NCBI GenBank assembly: GCA_051362555.1
Contig: CM120640.1
Span: forward strand, 68,426,788-68,490,787
Source of the DNA: Lingula anatina
Lineage: Eukaryota; Animalia; Brachiopoda
Reading direction: 5' to 3'
Length of the DNA stretch: 64,000 nucleotides
In this document: positions 36,010 to 48,413 of the stretch, one piece after another
How positions within the stretch are numbered: the stretch's first letter is position 1
How the letters are laid out: each line of letters begins with the position of its first letter
The notes under the pieces: model-generated
The model's input: only the letters and a program-made list of their open reading frames with translations
Told to the model about the DNA's origin: nothing
The model's database searches: none
Translations under genes and position numbers: made by a program

Positions 36010-39000
36010 ATGAAAGGCTCAGAGGAAGCATTGGATAGGAATAAAGTAACGAAGAGCTATGAGACGTTCAATGACACCACAACTCAACTATTCAAAATAC
36101 GGTGGCTGATGCTGCTATTGTTTTGCCTCTTCTCTATGAGCAATAACTTCCAGTGGATCCACCTGAACATCATTGGGAACATTATATTACGCTACTACAA
36201 TGAGAGTCTTCCAGGGGACGAGTTCCAGCAGCAGCTGGCAGTGGACTGGCTGTCTATGATCTACATGCTGGCCTACATCCCCCTGATCTTCCCTGCAACA
36301 TGGCTGCTGGACAGGAAGGGACTGAGGGTCACCTGTGTTGTGGGCACATTCCTGAACTGCACAGGTGCTTGGCTGAAATGTGCCAGTGTGGAACCTTCCA
36401 GATTTGGATTCCTTATGTTTGCTCAAGCCATCTGCTCTGTGGCACAGATCTTCGTCCTGGGGATCCCTCCTCGACTGGCCGCCGTGTGGTTTGGGCCAAA
36501 TGAGGTCTCCACGGCAACTGCCCTGGGAGTTTTTGGAAATCAGGTAAGCAAGCAAATCATTCTGTCTGTCTGTCTGTCCGTCCGTCCGGGCTGTCTGTTT
36601 GTTTGTCTGTTTGAACTTGTGCTGAACTTGTCCTGAACGCTTTTATGTGTTTGTCACTTAAAAATAGAAAATTGTCAAAAGAACACAGCAATACACTCGC
36701 ACATGAATGTGTGTGTGAAAAATAATCAAGGAAATGTTTCACCTGCGAGTTGACAGTTTTTGCAAACGCTGGTCTTTGGTCACAGATTTGAGAGTGATGA
36801 GACCTACATTTATGGGATGATAAACGTATTAATATCGACTATACCAGCATATTCCTGTATAGTATTTCAGTATATGAACTTAATGGATTATTGACACCGC
36901 ATTAACACTACAGTATGATGTAAGCAGATATCTACGAGTCAGTCACCAATAATACTGTATATATTATTTTCACTCTAACCTTCCAAGAAAAAACTTCGCA
37001 TCCATGTCCTTTGCTATATATCTTTCTTCATACAACCTTGGTTGATTTCAAGAAGCGACTGTATCTCTTGATAGTCATTTTTTATCAAAATATAGAAGCT
37101 TGTGGAAACAAAAAAATGAAATGGAGGAATTGAATAAAAATGTATATATAACGCCACTGCATCAATTTAAGGTAGAGGAGACCGGGGCTAGTTGGACCCC
37201 GGGTAAGTTACTCCCCCCCCCCCCCCCCCCATCAATTTATGAAAAAGTAACTATCGGGTAAAAAAAATTGATCATATCATTTAGTAAAGTGACCGTATCC
37301 GATAGTGCTAAGAAAGCGTCGGCAGTGAGTCCAAATGAAATAATTTAGCATCTTAAAGTAACTTTATTAAAAAAACTTTAAAATCTATTTTCATAAGCTT
37401 TTGATCGAATATAGTATATGTATAGGGCATCAAACTGAAGCTCATTGTTTCAAGTTATACCGAAATGTATCATCGTTGTTCATTCTAGCACCATAAATGG
37501 CTACAATCCTTTAAAATTAAAAATGTGCACCCGGGGCTAGTTGGCCCTCTTGATTCTGGGCCAGTTAGACCCTCATATTGACCACAATCCGCAACAAAGC
37601 TACAAACCATTGTTGAAACAAACTCAACGATTTGTTAAATAATTACCAGTTTAAAACTGAATTTGTTAGTTTCTTTTAAAACAAAAATTTATTTTTCGTT
37701 TTCATTCATTAAAAACCTGCTTTATACCATTAAATAATTTCAAATTACTGTTTTTCTTTTTATCAAGAGCTTGTAAAATATGTGGGTATTACTGGCCTTG
37801 TGTTGTAACATTCCAAAGAAAAATAGCAGAAGCTGTACACATCAGGACCAAACAACCAGACCTGAACAGACAGGGGGGGTATGATTTACCAGCTATCTAC
37901 CTCACGGTGCTCCAGAGGGATGCAGAGGAGCCCCGGGGGGAGCAAGTAACAGTTACAACACAAGGCCAGTGATTAGGGGCAATTGACCTGGATTTTCATT
38001 CCAGGTGAAATGTCCCTAGTCATTTACTCCCTGATGATGGTGACTGACAGTCACAGAAATATTGGAGGTAATACCCACATATTTTACAAGCTCTTGATAA
38101 AAAGAAAAACAGTAATTTGAATTTATACATACAGAGCTAATGAAACTGTTCTCTCATTAAATAATTTATTCTTAATTAAAACAAAACAAATTTTATTGAT
38201 AGATATTTTGGTTCTTGCAACACACACAACGTGACGTACGGCAATCTCAATAAATCTGCCTCATTTAAACTATTTATACATCAAAGACTCCCAAAAATCA
38301 ATTTAATAAATTAAAAATGTATAAAATTGTGTTTCAAGGCGTTTACATGGGATACTTACTTCATTTTCGTATAGGGTGCCAACTTGCCCCGACCCTGGGG
38401 TCAACTTGCCCCGTGGCGGGGCAAGTTGGCCCCCCTGACGTCAATTGCGTTTTTTGTCAAATTGTGAGTCATCTGGCATTATATTTGAAACATAATAAAG
38501 TTGCATACGTAGCTTAGTTCATGGGGCTTACTTTGAAACCGATTTTGTTACTCTTACTCATTCCTCGTTGGCTCTACAAGGCCGAAAGTGTCTAACTGGG
38601 CCAACTAGCCCCGGTCTCCCCTACATATACGCTGAACTTTTGCCAGCGCTATCTTTATCTGCGTGTATACACTGTATGCGCTGTGGCATATTACACCTGT
38701 AATTCCAATGTCTCTGAAATAGCTACATGTAAAATGACGATAACATTATTTTCCTCAGGTGGGTGGTGCCCTAGGTTTCTTGCTGCCCCCTGTGATAGTG
38801 AAGAACCACGACGACCTGGATCTGGTAGGACAGGATCTCAGTGTTATGCTGTACTCTTCAGCGGGGGTAACATCGGCAATATTCATATCGGTACTGATAG
38901 GTGTGTTATTTTCTCTTTCTTCTTCAAATAATTTGTTTGCTGTCTTTGTTGGACTTAATTCATCGCTTAATGCAGTTTTATCAGTCTTCATCATTTACTT

Positions 39001-40041
39001 GACTTAAACATTAATTGGTAATCAATTACATGAGTTCCAAAAATAGTATCATACATGCACTGAAAACAAGGAAAGAGAAATTAAGTATATAAAATATTAC
39101 AACGTAGGAAGGGGAGTTATGGGAATGTTTTTTTTCTACCAGTATTTAGGAAAGAACCGCATGTGCCTCCTAGTGTAGCCCAAGCTGTTATTGTGAGGCA
39201 GGCAGCAGAGGAAAAATACACTGAGTCTCTACTGCGTTTGGTGAAGAACAAAGGTTTCATGTTACTAATGGTCACCTATGGTAAGAGGAGCACGTTCTAT
39301 TCCTCGATGCTATCAATTTGTTAACGACGCCAGAACACCTTTTCTATTAACGTTTTTTTATATTTATTTTTAATGGGCGTAATTATTAAATAACAAATTT
39401 TAGCTATATTCCTGAACACAAGTATTAGTTTTTATGAAATATTTCTATATTATAAATTAAATAAACTAATATTGGTCCCAATTATGCAACCAGTTTTAAA
39501 AACTGAGTACATTCTGCTAGTGTGTTGAGATTCCAATTCTCATTCTCCCAAAGGTATGAATGCAGGCACCTATTATGCAATTAGCACGTTACTCAATCCA
39601 TTGGTACTTCGATATTGTGAGGTAAATTGTTTTCTAGTTTCAACTTTTGATATTTTTCTTTACAAAAATGATAAACCTAGTTATGATAAATCATAGCTGC
39701 ACAAGCAAGAATATTTGTCGAAAAGACTCGTTCTTTACTTCCAAAAACAAAGGTCTTAAAACTATATTTATTTAATATATCGTCTTATTTTTGACATTCA
39801 CATGATTATCTTAATATCATACAATGCAGTAATTTGTCGAACACTTAAAAGTGACAAACATATCATCGTTTATAAAACAGGTTTAGTCTGTTTCACATTA
39901 TAGAACTGTGAAGAAGATGCCGGCCGCATTGGTCTTACATTGGTTCTGGTGGGAATACTGGGCGCCATCATAGCTGGACTGTGGTTGGATAAAACAAAGA
40001 AGTTCAAGTGAGTTAACTGGCAGTCCCCAAGGTATCACGAA

Positions 40042-40082
<41 letters not shown>

Positions 40083-42617
40083 GTCGACCCTCTCTCCGTT
40101 ACACTTATGTTGAATGAATTATTATTATTCCGTTTGTGTCCCATATTTGTCTTAACATACGTACATACGTACATTTATTTTTGACGTTTTTACCGTCGCT
40201 TCATATATATCATGTAATTATTTATTATTGATTCCTTACATGATATCAAATTCTTACAAAGCACATTGTTGATATGTCTCCCTTATCTACATCTAGACTG
40301 ACTACGGTGGCGATCTACTTCATGTCAATGGCGGGCATGGTCCTGTTCACCTTCACCTTGGACCAGGGTTTACTCTGGCTTCTCTACCTCTGCGGAGGAA
40401 TACTTGGGTAATATCATATACGGCAAGTGGTCATTGGCTTATGCAACGTTTTTTTAAACGTTCGAACTCTATTATTTGACGGTTATGAAAACTTTGTTTC
40501 CAATAAGTATGTGACTTTTCCTGAACAAGTCAGAAGCAATGCAATACTGTGATATAGACTTGTTGGGCCGTACATATACTACAAATGTGGCAGTGCCATT
40601 ATTGATAAATAAACACTCCTTTGTACATTGAAACGCCATGAAGTATCTAAATTCATCATTGCGTTCCTTACACTGCATTTTCTAGTTTCTTCATGACGGG
40701 TTACCTTCCAGTGGGTTTTGAGTTTGCAGCAGAGCTCACGTACCCGGAGTCGGAGGGAACATCATCGGGACTCCTGAACGCCACGGCTCAGGTGAGAATT
40801 GGGCAGTAAAACAAAACTATAATTGTATATGGGCACAGAATTGAAGATACAGCTCATGTTCTTTGAAGCAGCACAGTTGGTGGTTATACTGGCGGCAACA
40901 AGATTGTAGTTGTTTGTTCACAACTTTGCAATTGAAAAAGGTAGTTGACTGCATGTTCACGCCAAACAAATTGATCAAATGTATACGACTATATACCTTG
41001 AAAGATTCTAGGTGATCATATCATAAGCAATCGTAACGTTAATATAATTATGTTTTCTAGTAGACAACACTGTGTATAATTTACACTTCTGCTTTGCCCG
41101 TATATCGTACTATAAACTCATAGATAGGAAATGTCTTTCATACAGTATACATCGAATTGCCCACATACCTTGCTTTTTTGAAATGATTCAGTGATGCCGT
41201 TTTCTCTACATTTGATATGTTTTTAGCACTAGTTACATATAATTGAACCTGAGTTTTTACTCCTGCAATCAATTATCAACCATTCACTGCTTTGATCCAA
41301 GCTTTCGTTTTCTCTAAATTTCAAACGAAACGTAATCATTTACACCCAATAAACAGTTTTATCATAGGCACTGTCTTAATTTATTTTTACTTTTTTCAGC
41401 TTTTTGGCATCGTGTTTACGACGTTGATGGGCACCTTGCTGAGCAGATATGGCCCGCTTGCTGCTAACTCTCTGGCTTCAGGTGCCTTACTTCTGGGAGC
41501 TATTGCTACAGGTGAGGTGTACTAAAAGATAACGCAAAGCCTACCCATACCCGCAGAATGTTATACACCTGTATATACTGTAAAAGTGTAGCTTTATAAA
41601 AAGTAAAGATGTGTAAAAAGTATAGTTAGGTATGTTAGTAGCATTTTCCTTTAAAGTATTTCCATTTACTGTATATGGAATTCCCCAAATTTGTGTGTAC
41701 AATATACAATGGAAGTTTGCCATACGACTCGGCTCCCTTAAATATACATGTGATATCTGACAATGAATATCGTACAGTCCGTGCAACAGCATGCGGACAG
41801 ATGAAGGTAATGAAATATTGAACAGCGAGTTCGACAAATTACTGTATTGTGTGAATGGCTGGTATACCACATGTAACAAGAAATCTGGTCGGAAGACTAT
41901 TCAAGTTTTCCATCTTTTTACAGCACTTATCCGGGAAGATCTTCGACGACAGGAGGCGGAGAAACAGGTCAATAACAATTAGGAATACATTTTGAGAAAG
42001 GATTACTCATTGTGATGTTATATTTTAAATTATTCCTTCGCCCCATTCCCTGGCTGATGTAATTATAATTTATAAAAACAAGTTTGCTCTGACCAAGGAT
42101 ATTAACACCCATTGTCCCATGCTTTGCTTCAAAGAGAAAAAAGAAAAGAATACTTCGATATTCGCAATTTTACAACTCTTACTAAAAATAACTTGGAGTT
42201 TTAGGGTCAACTTTTATCCTAAAATATATTTTCGTGATTAATGTTTCTTCATATGACTTAAGCAAAGTGAGCGATCCATACATTCTTCAGTTTCACTTTG
42301 TGTTAAACCAGGGAATTATATCCGATATAATTCCCTGGTTAAACTATCACTATACTCATAGTGCCATAGGAGTAAATCTATTTTTAATAATAAAAAAACA
42401 CTATGGCATGTCTTTGAGATAGAAGCACAAACTACTAGGGAGATTTGCAAGATAAGAGGCAGCAATTATTCCACGGGTGCCCATTTCAATTCATTCTAAA
42501 ATTTGCATGGGTTTATAGGTTTCGAATTTCTATTTGCAGAAGAAATTGCCGGACGACATTCAGGTTCGCCATCCAAAGTCCTCGGCAACAGAGTTAGTTG
42601 ACACTTCAAGACCGTGA
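36010..42617 (+). CDS. FLVCR: FLVCR/SLC49-family MFS transporter, paralog 2, 478 aa
   Basis: 10 exons join in frame (1437 nt): 36010-36543, 38759-38900, 39143-39280, 39554-39621, 39904-40007, 40297-40407, 40686-40791, 41400-41511, 41924-41967, 42540-42617. Internal exon lengths are identical to paralog 1 (142, 138, 68, 104, 111, 106, 112, 44). Terminal exon KKLPDDI matches paralog 1 YKLPEDV. Confidence 0.93.
37741..38154 (+). mobile_element. Penelope-like retroelement 3' fragment (pLTR) nested in the TIR element
   Basis: Encodes [28 protein letters not shown], resembling the C-terminus of the PLE GIY-YIG endonuclease. About 52-bp inverted terminal duplication (37741-37792 vs 38068-38119). 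13-bp direct repeat CATTAAATAATTT at 37728-37740 and 38155-38167. Confidence 0.8.
38025..38070 (+). ncRNA. Minimal type I hammerhead ribozyme (PLE-associated)
   Basis: Stem I CTCC/GGAG, core CTGATGA (38031-38037), stem II GTGAC-TGACA-GTCAC, GAAA (38056-38059), palindromic short stem III AATATT. Confidence 0.7.
40042..40081. repeat. Poly-G run (about 40 nt)
   Basis: Directly visible; homopolymer length may be unreliable. Confidence 0.9.
42302..42344. repeat. Near-perfect palindrome in last intron of FLVCR paralog 2
   Basis: AACCAGGGAATTATATC-C-GATATAATTCCCTGGTT: 17-bp perfect arms with a 1-nt centre. Confidence 0.9.
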
Positions 42618-43310
42618 AATAGCACCAGCACAACCGTGTGTACAAAACCTGAATTTTGCTGACTTTCTCTATGCTCGAATTTAATTGACATGTGAATTGA
42701 AGTCGAAAGCAGAAGTATCAGGATATGTTTTATTTAAACCATTCCATAAGCACAAAGAAAAACACACATGTTACTTCAATTTAATATTCAATATAATATT
42801 ATAATATTCAATATAATATAAGTGACTGTTAATTGGCTAAGATTTTTTACTGTAGATCTGTGATCAAATTAAAAATTAGATAGAATTGGTTTATTATTTA
42901 TCTTATTTATACGTGTAACTTTTCGAGTACACCACAAATGCACCAGAATATTTACTGATTCATGTTTCATATTGTTCAAGATTTATTCCTCTGAGGCGGT
43001 TAATCTACCTATATTTTATTCATAATTCAAAGATAAATTGTAGTCTTAGCAAAATACCACAAAAGCAAAGCCCTGATCTTAAAAAAGAAGTTTAGAATAT
43101 GCAAGTGTAGCGCATTCAAAGCATGTGGTTGCCCACACGCCATGTATGTTTTTACCCAATAAATTCCACAAGTGCGCTAAAGAATGTGTGTAAACCGTAA
43201 AAGAGTCTAATGGAGCTTAAAACATTTTTGCGGCTTATTAATAATCAAACATCTTTTATAATTAGACGTCAATATCAAAAAGTGGTCCTTCCATAAACGT
43301 AAAAACCAAA

Positions 43311-44357
43311 TTATGACATCCCCACCCATCTAGGATAGAAGTACTGATTGAGCGTGTACTTCTGAGATATGAGACTATGAGGAGAGGGCCATCCGTTATA
43401 ATACACCACGCTCCCGCCTGTCAGCCACGCGCTCCACCAACTAATGGAGCCTACACTAATTATGCTGTGATTACATTTCGACAAAACTGCCATGTGAAAG
43501 TCCACCGTTTTGTCCCCACTGATCACGATGTTCGGATGGTCTAAATTGTTTCTGGCCCATCTAATATCATCAGATGCCACGACATACATAACGTTTCTCC
43601 TTGGGAATTTCTTATCGTAGTAATTCATGGCTTTAGCGTAGTAACCTGGGGGCGGCTTTGCATCGCCGTGGGTAAGAGGCAACAGGCCTGGTCTCCGACC
43701 ACCTCGTCGTATGTGCATACCTACGAATACAACGGACTCGGGATCCCATTTGAATGACTTAATTGCCTTAAGAAGAAAATCGTTTGCTCTCTTTGGAAGT
43801 GGGTCTATTAATGCAAATTCTCGTCTTATGTCGTCGGCGCAAGATTCAAAATATAGCCAGGAGTGGAAAAATCCCTTCAGTGTAATGTCAAGTCGTGGGA
43901 GTTTTGTGACCCTCTCATCGTACTTACAACACTTGGGTCTCTGGGTGAAGACGGAGAAATCTGTCACGTTGACGATATCGGACTGTTGTTCTGGCTCTGG
44001 CGCTGAGAGGTGGAAGAGACTGCTGAGTAATAGCTTGAATCTATAGGACACAATGAAGCTCCGGTCAAGTTTCTTGGCGATGCAGTAGCCGGCGGCGTAC
44101 TCGAACATGAGGTTTCCGTGCGCGCCTTTCCCTGGCATATAAATATAGCTGGTCTCCAGTGGACTCTTCTCAGGTTGTGTAAAGAGGAGGTCTGCTTTGG
44201 ATTGTCCGGTAAGACAGACAGGGGATGGCGCCAACAGGGCCATGTAAACCATTCCTCCCATGAAGAAAGATATGAACAGGCCAACGCCAATCAAAACCGT
44301 TTTGATGAACTTCATTGAGTAACGGTTACTTTTGGTCCATCGGCTTAAACGATTCAT
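43311..44357 (-). CDS. GT11 alpha-1,2-fucosyltransferase-like protein 1 (type II membrane), 348 aa
   Basis: Single coding exon, N-terminal TM. Motifs GAHGNLMFEYA, GFFHSWLYF, VGMHIRRGG, VASDD, CNHSIISVGSISWW, YFYPRWVGM. Probable 5'UTR intron (acceptor about 44369, donor about 44568). Confidence 0.9.
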   Translation of the reverse strand: MNRLSRWTKSNRYSMKFIKTVLIGVGLFISFFMGGMVYMALLAPSPVCLTGQSKADLLFTQPEKSPLETSYIYMPGKGAHGNLMFEYAAGYCIAKKLDRSFIVSYRFKLLLSSLFHLSAPEPEQQSDIVNVTDFSVFTQRPKCCKYDERVTKLPRLDITLKGFFHSWLYFESCADDIRREFALIDPLPKRANDFLLKAIKSFKWDPESVVFVGMHIRRGGRRPGLLPLTHGDAKPPPGYYAKAMNYYDKKFPRRNVMYVVASDDIRWARNNLDHPNIVISGDKTVDFHMAVLSKCNHSIISVGSISWWSAWLTGGSVVYYNGWPSPHSLISQKYTLNQYFYPRWVGMS

Positions 44358-45347
44358 AACTACGCAACCTGGAAATTAAAGGTGTACTTAGTCCAATCTG
44401 GCAATGACGCATATCATAGCATAATGTAAATGAGTGCAAAATAAACAGCAATGGTTTTTACGAACATCAGCACAAACTGCATTACGCATATAAATGTCAC
44501 GAAAAAGTAGAAGCTGAGAATACAAGTCTTTACATTACTAAAACATAAAGTAAATAAAGCTGCAATACCTTCTATGTCCAGGGTTGTTTGTGACGTGTCG
44601 GCAGATTCTAAAATGACTACAAATTAGTTTAAAAACGTAGACGAGGCGAAGGCTGCTGACACTTCCGCTACAATAATGTATGTAGAAACTCATTATCACG
44701 GTAAATAATTGATGCCAAGTTACGTTACTCATTACTTTTTTTGCAGAATTATGTAAATTCGCCATATGTATTTATATTTACTTATCATACATCCCCTATC
44801 ATTTTTAGGGAATGTTGGTTTATCATCTCTGTTCTTAATAATAGGGTAAGTAACATGTTTTACAATGACACAGTTAAAGCCAGCTTTGGTAAACTTTTGA
44901 AACAGCTTTCCATTAATATTTCCACACGAAAACTACTAATCGATAATCACGTTAATATGTAATGAAAGAAAATATGTTGATGCTATATTTGATTCTTTCG
45001 GATCATTTATAGTATGAAGTAAAGAACGACCATTACCTTTTTAACACTGGCGCCTTTCAATTGGCACCTTTCATATTTTGGAAATATGCTATAGTTACCG
45101 AATAGGCTATTTGAGTTGCCAAAACTTTTAGGTGATTTATACGCGAGGTGGTTATGAAAATGGCAAGGATAGGTCAAATGTTAGTATGTGTTGGTGTTTC
45201 AAGCTTATCCTTTTGTAAATTTGTCAACAGGAAAGCATTAAAAGCTGAAACAGGTATTCTATCATTTTAATCAGACACAAAAGCCTCCATTATTGACATC
45301 GTCCCACCTTCTCAGCTAATTTTACACGATGCTTAATTTAGCAAGTT

Positions 45348-46388
45348 TCAGGACATTCCAATCCATCGAGGATAGTAATACTGGTTTAACCTATACATAT
45401 GTGAAACGTTACTATAGGGGTTTGGCCAGCCGTTGTAATATACCACTCTCCCCCCTGCCAACCACGACGTCCACCAGCCTATAGAACCAACACTCATGAT
45501 GCTATGGTTACAACGTGACAACAGCGCCATGTGGAACTCTTCCGGTCTGTGACGGACAATGATCGCTTTAGGATGGTCTATCATGGACAGAGGCCACTGA
45601 AAGTTGTCAGAAACGACGACGTAAATGACTTTCTTGTCTTTAAATTCCTCGTCGTAGAACCTCATTGCTTCTTGAAAAAATCCAATATCCGCGTTCGCAT
45701 CACCGTGAGGCAGAGCGTGGGCGGGCAAGACTTGACCTCTATCTCCCCGACGCACGTGCACTCCTATGTAGACAAAGTCTTTATTTGGTGTTTGCCAACC
45801 ACGCTTTGAGGTTGCAGACCCAAGGAATTTATCAACTTGTCTCAATAAAGAGGAATTGAAAGTAAATTCCTGTTTAATATCGTCTTTGCAGGGCTCGAAG
45901 TAGAGCCAGGAATGAAATAGACCGTGCAGGGTAATGTCAGCCCTGGGGAGAGTGGCCACGCGATGGTCGTATGAACAACATCTTGGTTTCTGATTTAAAT
46001 TCACAAACTTGCTCGTATCTAAATTTTCGAAATGCTGGGACTCTAAAGCAGACAGGCGAAACGCTTTACCCAAAAAGGCATTAAACTTGGGAGAAACAAT
46101 TAAAGTTCTGTTCAGTGTTTTTGCAATGCAAAATGCAGCTGCGTATTCAAACATCAGGTTTCCATGTCTGCCCTTTCCTGGCATGTAAAGGTACGCCGGT
46201 TCATCCGGGCTCTTCTCTTCCAAGATAAGCTCAATTTGATCAGTCTGGCAGGCACTTATGTCAACAGTCCATCTGACATATAACAATCCACTCAGGAAGG
46301 CTACAGTTAAGGATATGCCAATCGTGAGAACACTGTCCACTCTCTTCTTGGAGCACCACTTTTGAAACCACCGCGCCTTGGTTTGCAT
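45348..46388 (-). CDS. GT11 alpha-1,2-fucosyltransferase-like protein 2, about 346 aa
   Basis: Single coding exon. First ATG (MQTKARW) is at 46388; the ORF-track start at 46421 is TTG. TM segment and motifs GRHGNLMFEYA, GLFHSWLYF, IGVHVRRGD, VVSDN, CNHSIMSVGSIGWW. Probable 5'UTR intron (acceptor about 46427, donor GTGAG about 46565). Confidence 0.9.
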   Translation of the reverse strand: MQTKARWFQKWCSKKRVDSVLTIGISLTVAFLSGLLYVRWTVDISACQTDQIELILEEKSPDEPAYLYMPGKGRHGNLMFEYAAAFCIAKTLNRTLIVSPKFNAFLGKAFRLSALESQHFENLDTSKFVNLNQKPRCCSYDHRVATLPRADITLHGLFHSWLYFEPCKDDIKQEFTFNSSLLRQVDKFLGSATSKRGWQTPNKDFVYIGVHVRRGDRGQVLPAHALPHGDANADIGFFQEAMRFYDEEFKDKKVIYVVVSDNFQWPLSMIDHPKAIIVRHRPEEFHMALLSRCNHSIMSVGSIGWWTSWLAGGRVVYYNGWPNPYSNVSHMYRLNQYYYPRWIGMS

Positions 46389-47186
46389 ACTGAATAAGAT
46401 TCGTTTGAAATTATACTCCAAGGAACCTTTAGTTGATTACAACATATTTTATTACTGATTAAATAATGGCACTTCAAAAAAGTTTTTTTAAAGAGGATTT
46501 AGTTTGCCCATAACGAAAAAAGTTATAAATGGCAATGTATATTATGCTGTGTAATATAACTCACCTTTTGTGTTACGCTTGGGTTTCCGTTACTAACTGG
46601 CGATATTTTGGTGAGGCGATAACAATTGAATAAACAGCTCCATTTAATTAAAGCCCGCGCAACATTCAAGTTAAATATTGCATGTCAATATGCGAGCGAC
46701 CGGATTAATATGTATACTTGTGACGAACAAAATTAATATTGTATGGATTGACTTGGCAGAAAACAGCCTTATTGAAAATGTAATCGTTATCATCTCAAAT
46801 ATTCACCAATAAATAACTGATCTCGGCTATGTGTACAAGTGCGTGGAGTTAGTAGGGTGGGTAATATCTTACCAGGTGTATCATATACCTTGATGACACC
46901 AGCTGTAAACGGCCGTTCTGAAGTATCCAACTTAGACTGTTCTATACGAACCCCCCCCCCCCAAAAAAAAAAAAAAAATGTCTTCAAACATATCTATGAA
47001 ACTAAGTGTGGTGCTGATTTGAATGTAAGAATTACTTGCATTTTCTAAAAACTGCACGGTCTTCTTATCTCTCCGTTTATATGATCGGTTTTCCGATTTG
47101 ATTCGATGAAATTACAAGAAAGACAGCATGTTGCACGCAACTGGACAAATAAGCTTTTGAATAATTAAGAACCGAATAGAAGTCCT

Positions 47187-47225
47187 TTATTTTATTTTAT
47201 TTTATTTTATTTTATTTTATTTTAT
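47187..47225. repeat. (ATTTT)n pentanucleotide repeat
   Basis: Directly visible. Confidence 0.9.
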
Positions 47226-48413
47226 CTCTTGTATTAGCAGTGTTTTGTCGGGCTGTCGTTGGAAATCACAAAAAAACTACCATTTATTATTAATTATTCA
47301 GCTGTCAATATTCAATTATGAACGAACTTAGCTTTTTGATCTCTAATCTAAGGTGAAGCCTTTTTTGCATTTGTTTCAACATTCAATATAGCTAAACTGC
47401 ACGACCAATATAGTCCCAGCATGTGATTTTTTCAGTGTCAAATATGTGTTTGTAATAATTAGATAAAACGGATGAAACAGATTTTAACTGATATAACATA
47501 TTTGAATCTACAGACGGAGTTGATTTATGCTTTGTAACATAAAGTCAAGAGTATTTAGCAGACTTAACTGCGATCTCTACGTTTAAAACCAAAACAGGCT
47601 TCTACACTAGGATAATTCTGAAAATAAAACTACTCAAACCAAAAAAGATGGTGGAGGTTAGTAACACATTAGATGTACTCATCATTTTACTCCCAAATGC
47701 AGTTCTATTCGTAGAAAACAATATAGAAACAAAATATCCTAAGAGTTTTAATAATCCCAATACGAAATAAGAGGTAGCAAGGCAATATAACAGCTTACAA
47801 TACACCAATAAAGGAAACTGATGCCGTCTTCAAAGTTAGAGGCATTGGAATGTTTGTCTGAAGTTACCTGACCTCAGCAACAGATTTATCTGCAGCATAC
47901 ACCACAGATGTCAGGCCTGGGTTGCCGCTCTTGGAGGTTTCACACGATACTAATGCTGAGCAACCTGAAGTCTTTATCTTAACTGTAGCCTACATACTGT
48001 ATGCCTTCAATAAATATCTTTACTGTTTACTGTCAAGACTCGCTCAAAGTTTCTGTCTTCTTCTGCCTGATTTTTGAAAATGAATTTTGATCCCCCATTT
48101 ATATATGTCGTTGTAATTTCAAAAGAATTCCTTTCCTTGCAAACAAAATTAAAAGTAGGTCTAACGAATGTTGGGTGCGTTATCCATCAATATTTGGTTT
48201 AAATGTTTACCTTAGCTCATGTGGTTATTTATAATTATTCAAAATTACGATGCTTCCAAACTTTTTTGGTGAGTGTACATATAGACACAGTTCAAGATTT
48301 AGAAATCCGGTAAAGTTTTGTTTCATGGAGTATTTCGTGACAATAATTATCAGAACCCTTTCAAAACTAGTCCAATCAAGTCAAATAGCTTATAAGTATT
48401 AAAACTAGGATTA

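Larger units (their letters stand above)
37172..38624. mobile_element. Non-autonomous TIR DNA transposon (pogo/Tc1-mariner-like MITE) in FLVCR paralog 2 intron 1
   Basis: TIRs GTAG(A/G)GGAGACCGGGGCTAGTTGG at 37172 and inverted, ending at 38624. Subterminal repeats GGGGCTAGTTGGCCC and GGGG(T/C)CAACTTGCCCC near 37531 and 38373-38434. Confidence 0.8.

Noticed and set aside
40042-40081. Long G or C homopolymers as functional G-quadruplexes (also 2757 and 37213)
   Set aside because: Simple intronic homopolymers whose lengths are unreliable in assemblies; no evidence of function.
46389-46421. N-terminal extension MEYNFKRILFS of the second GT11
   Set aside because: It starts at TTG just after a probable splice acceptor; the ATG at 46388 is the likelier start.
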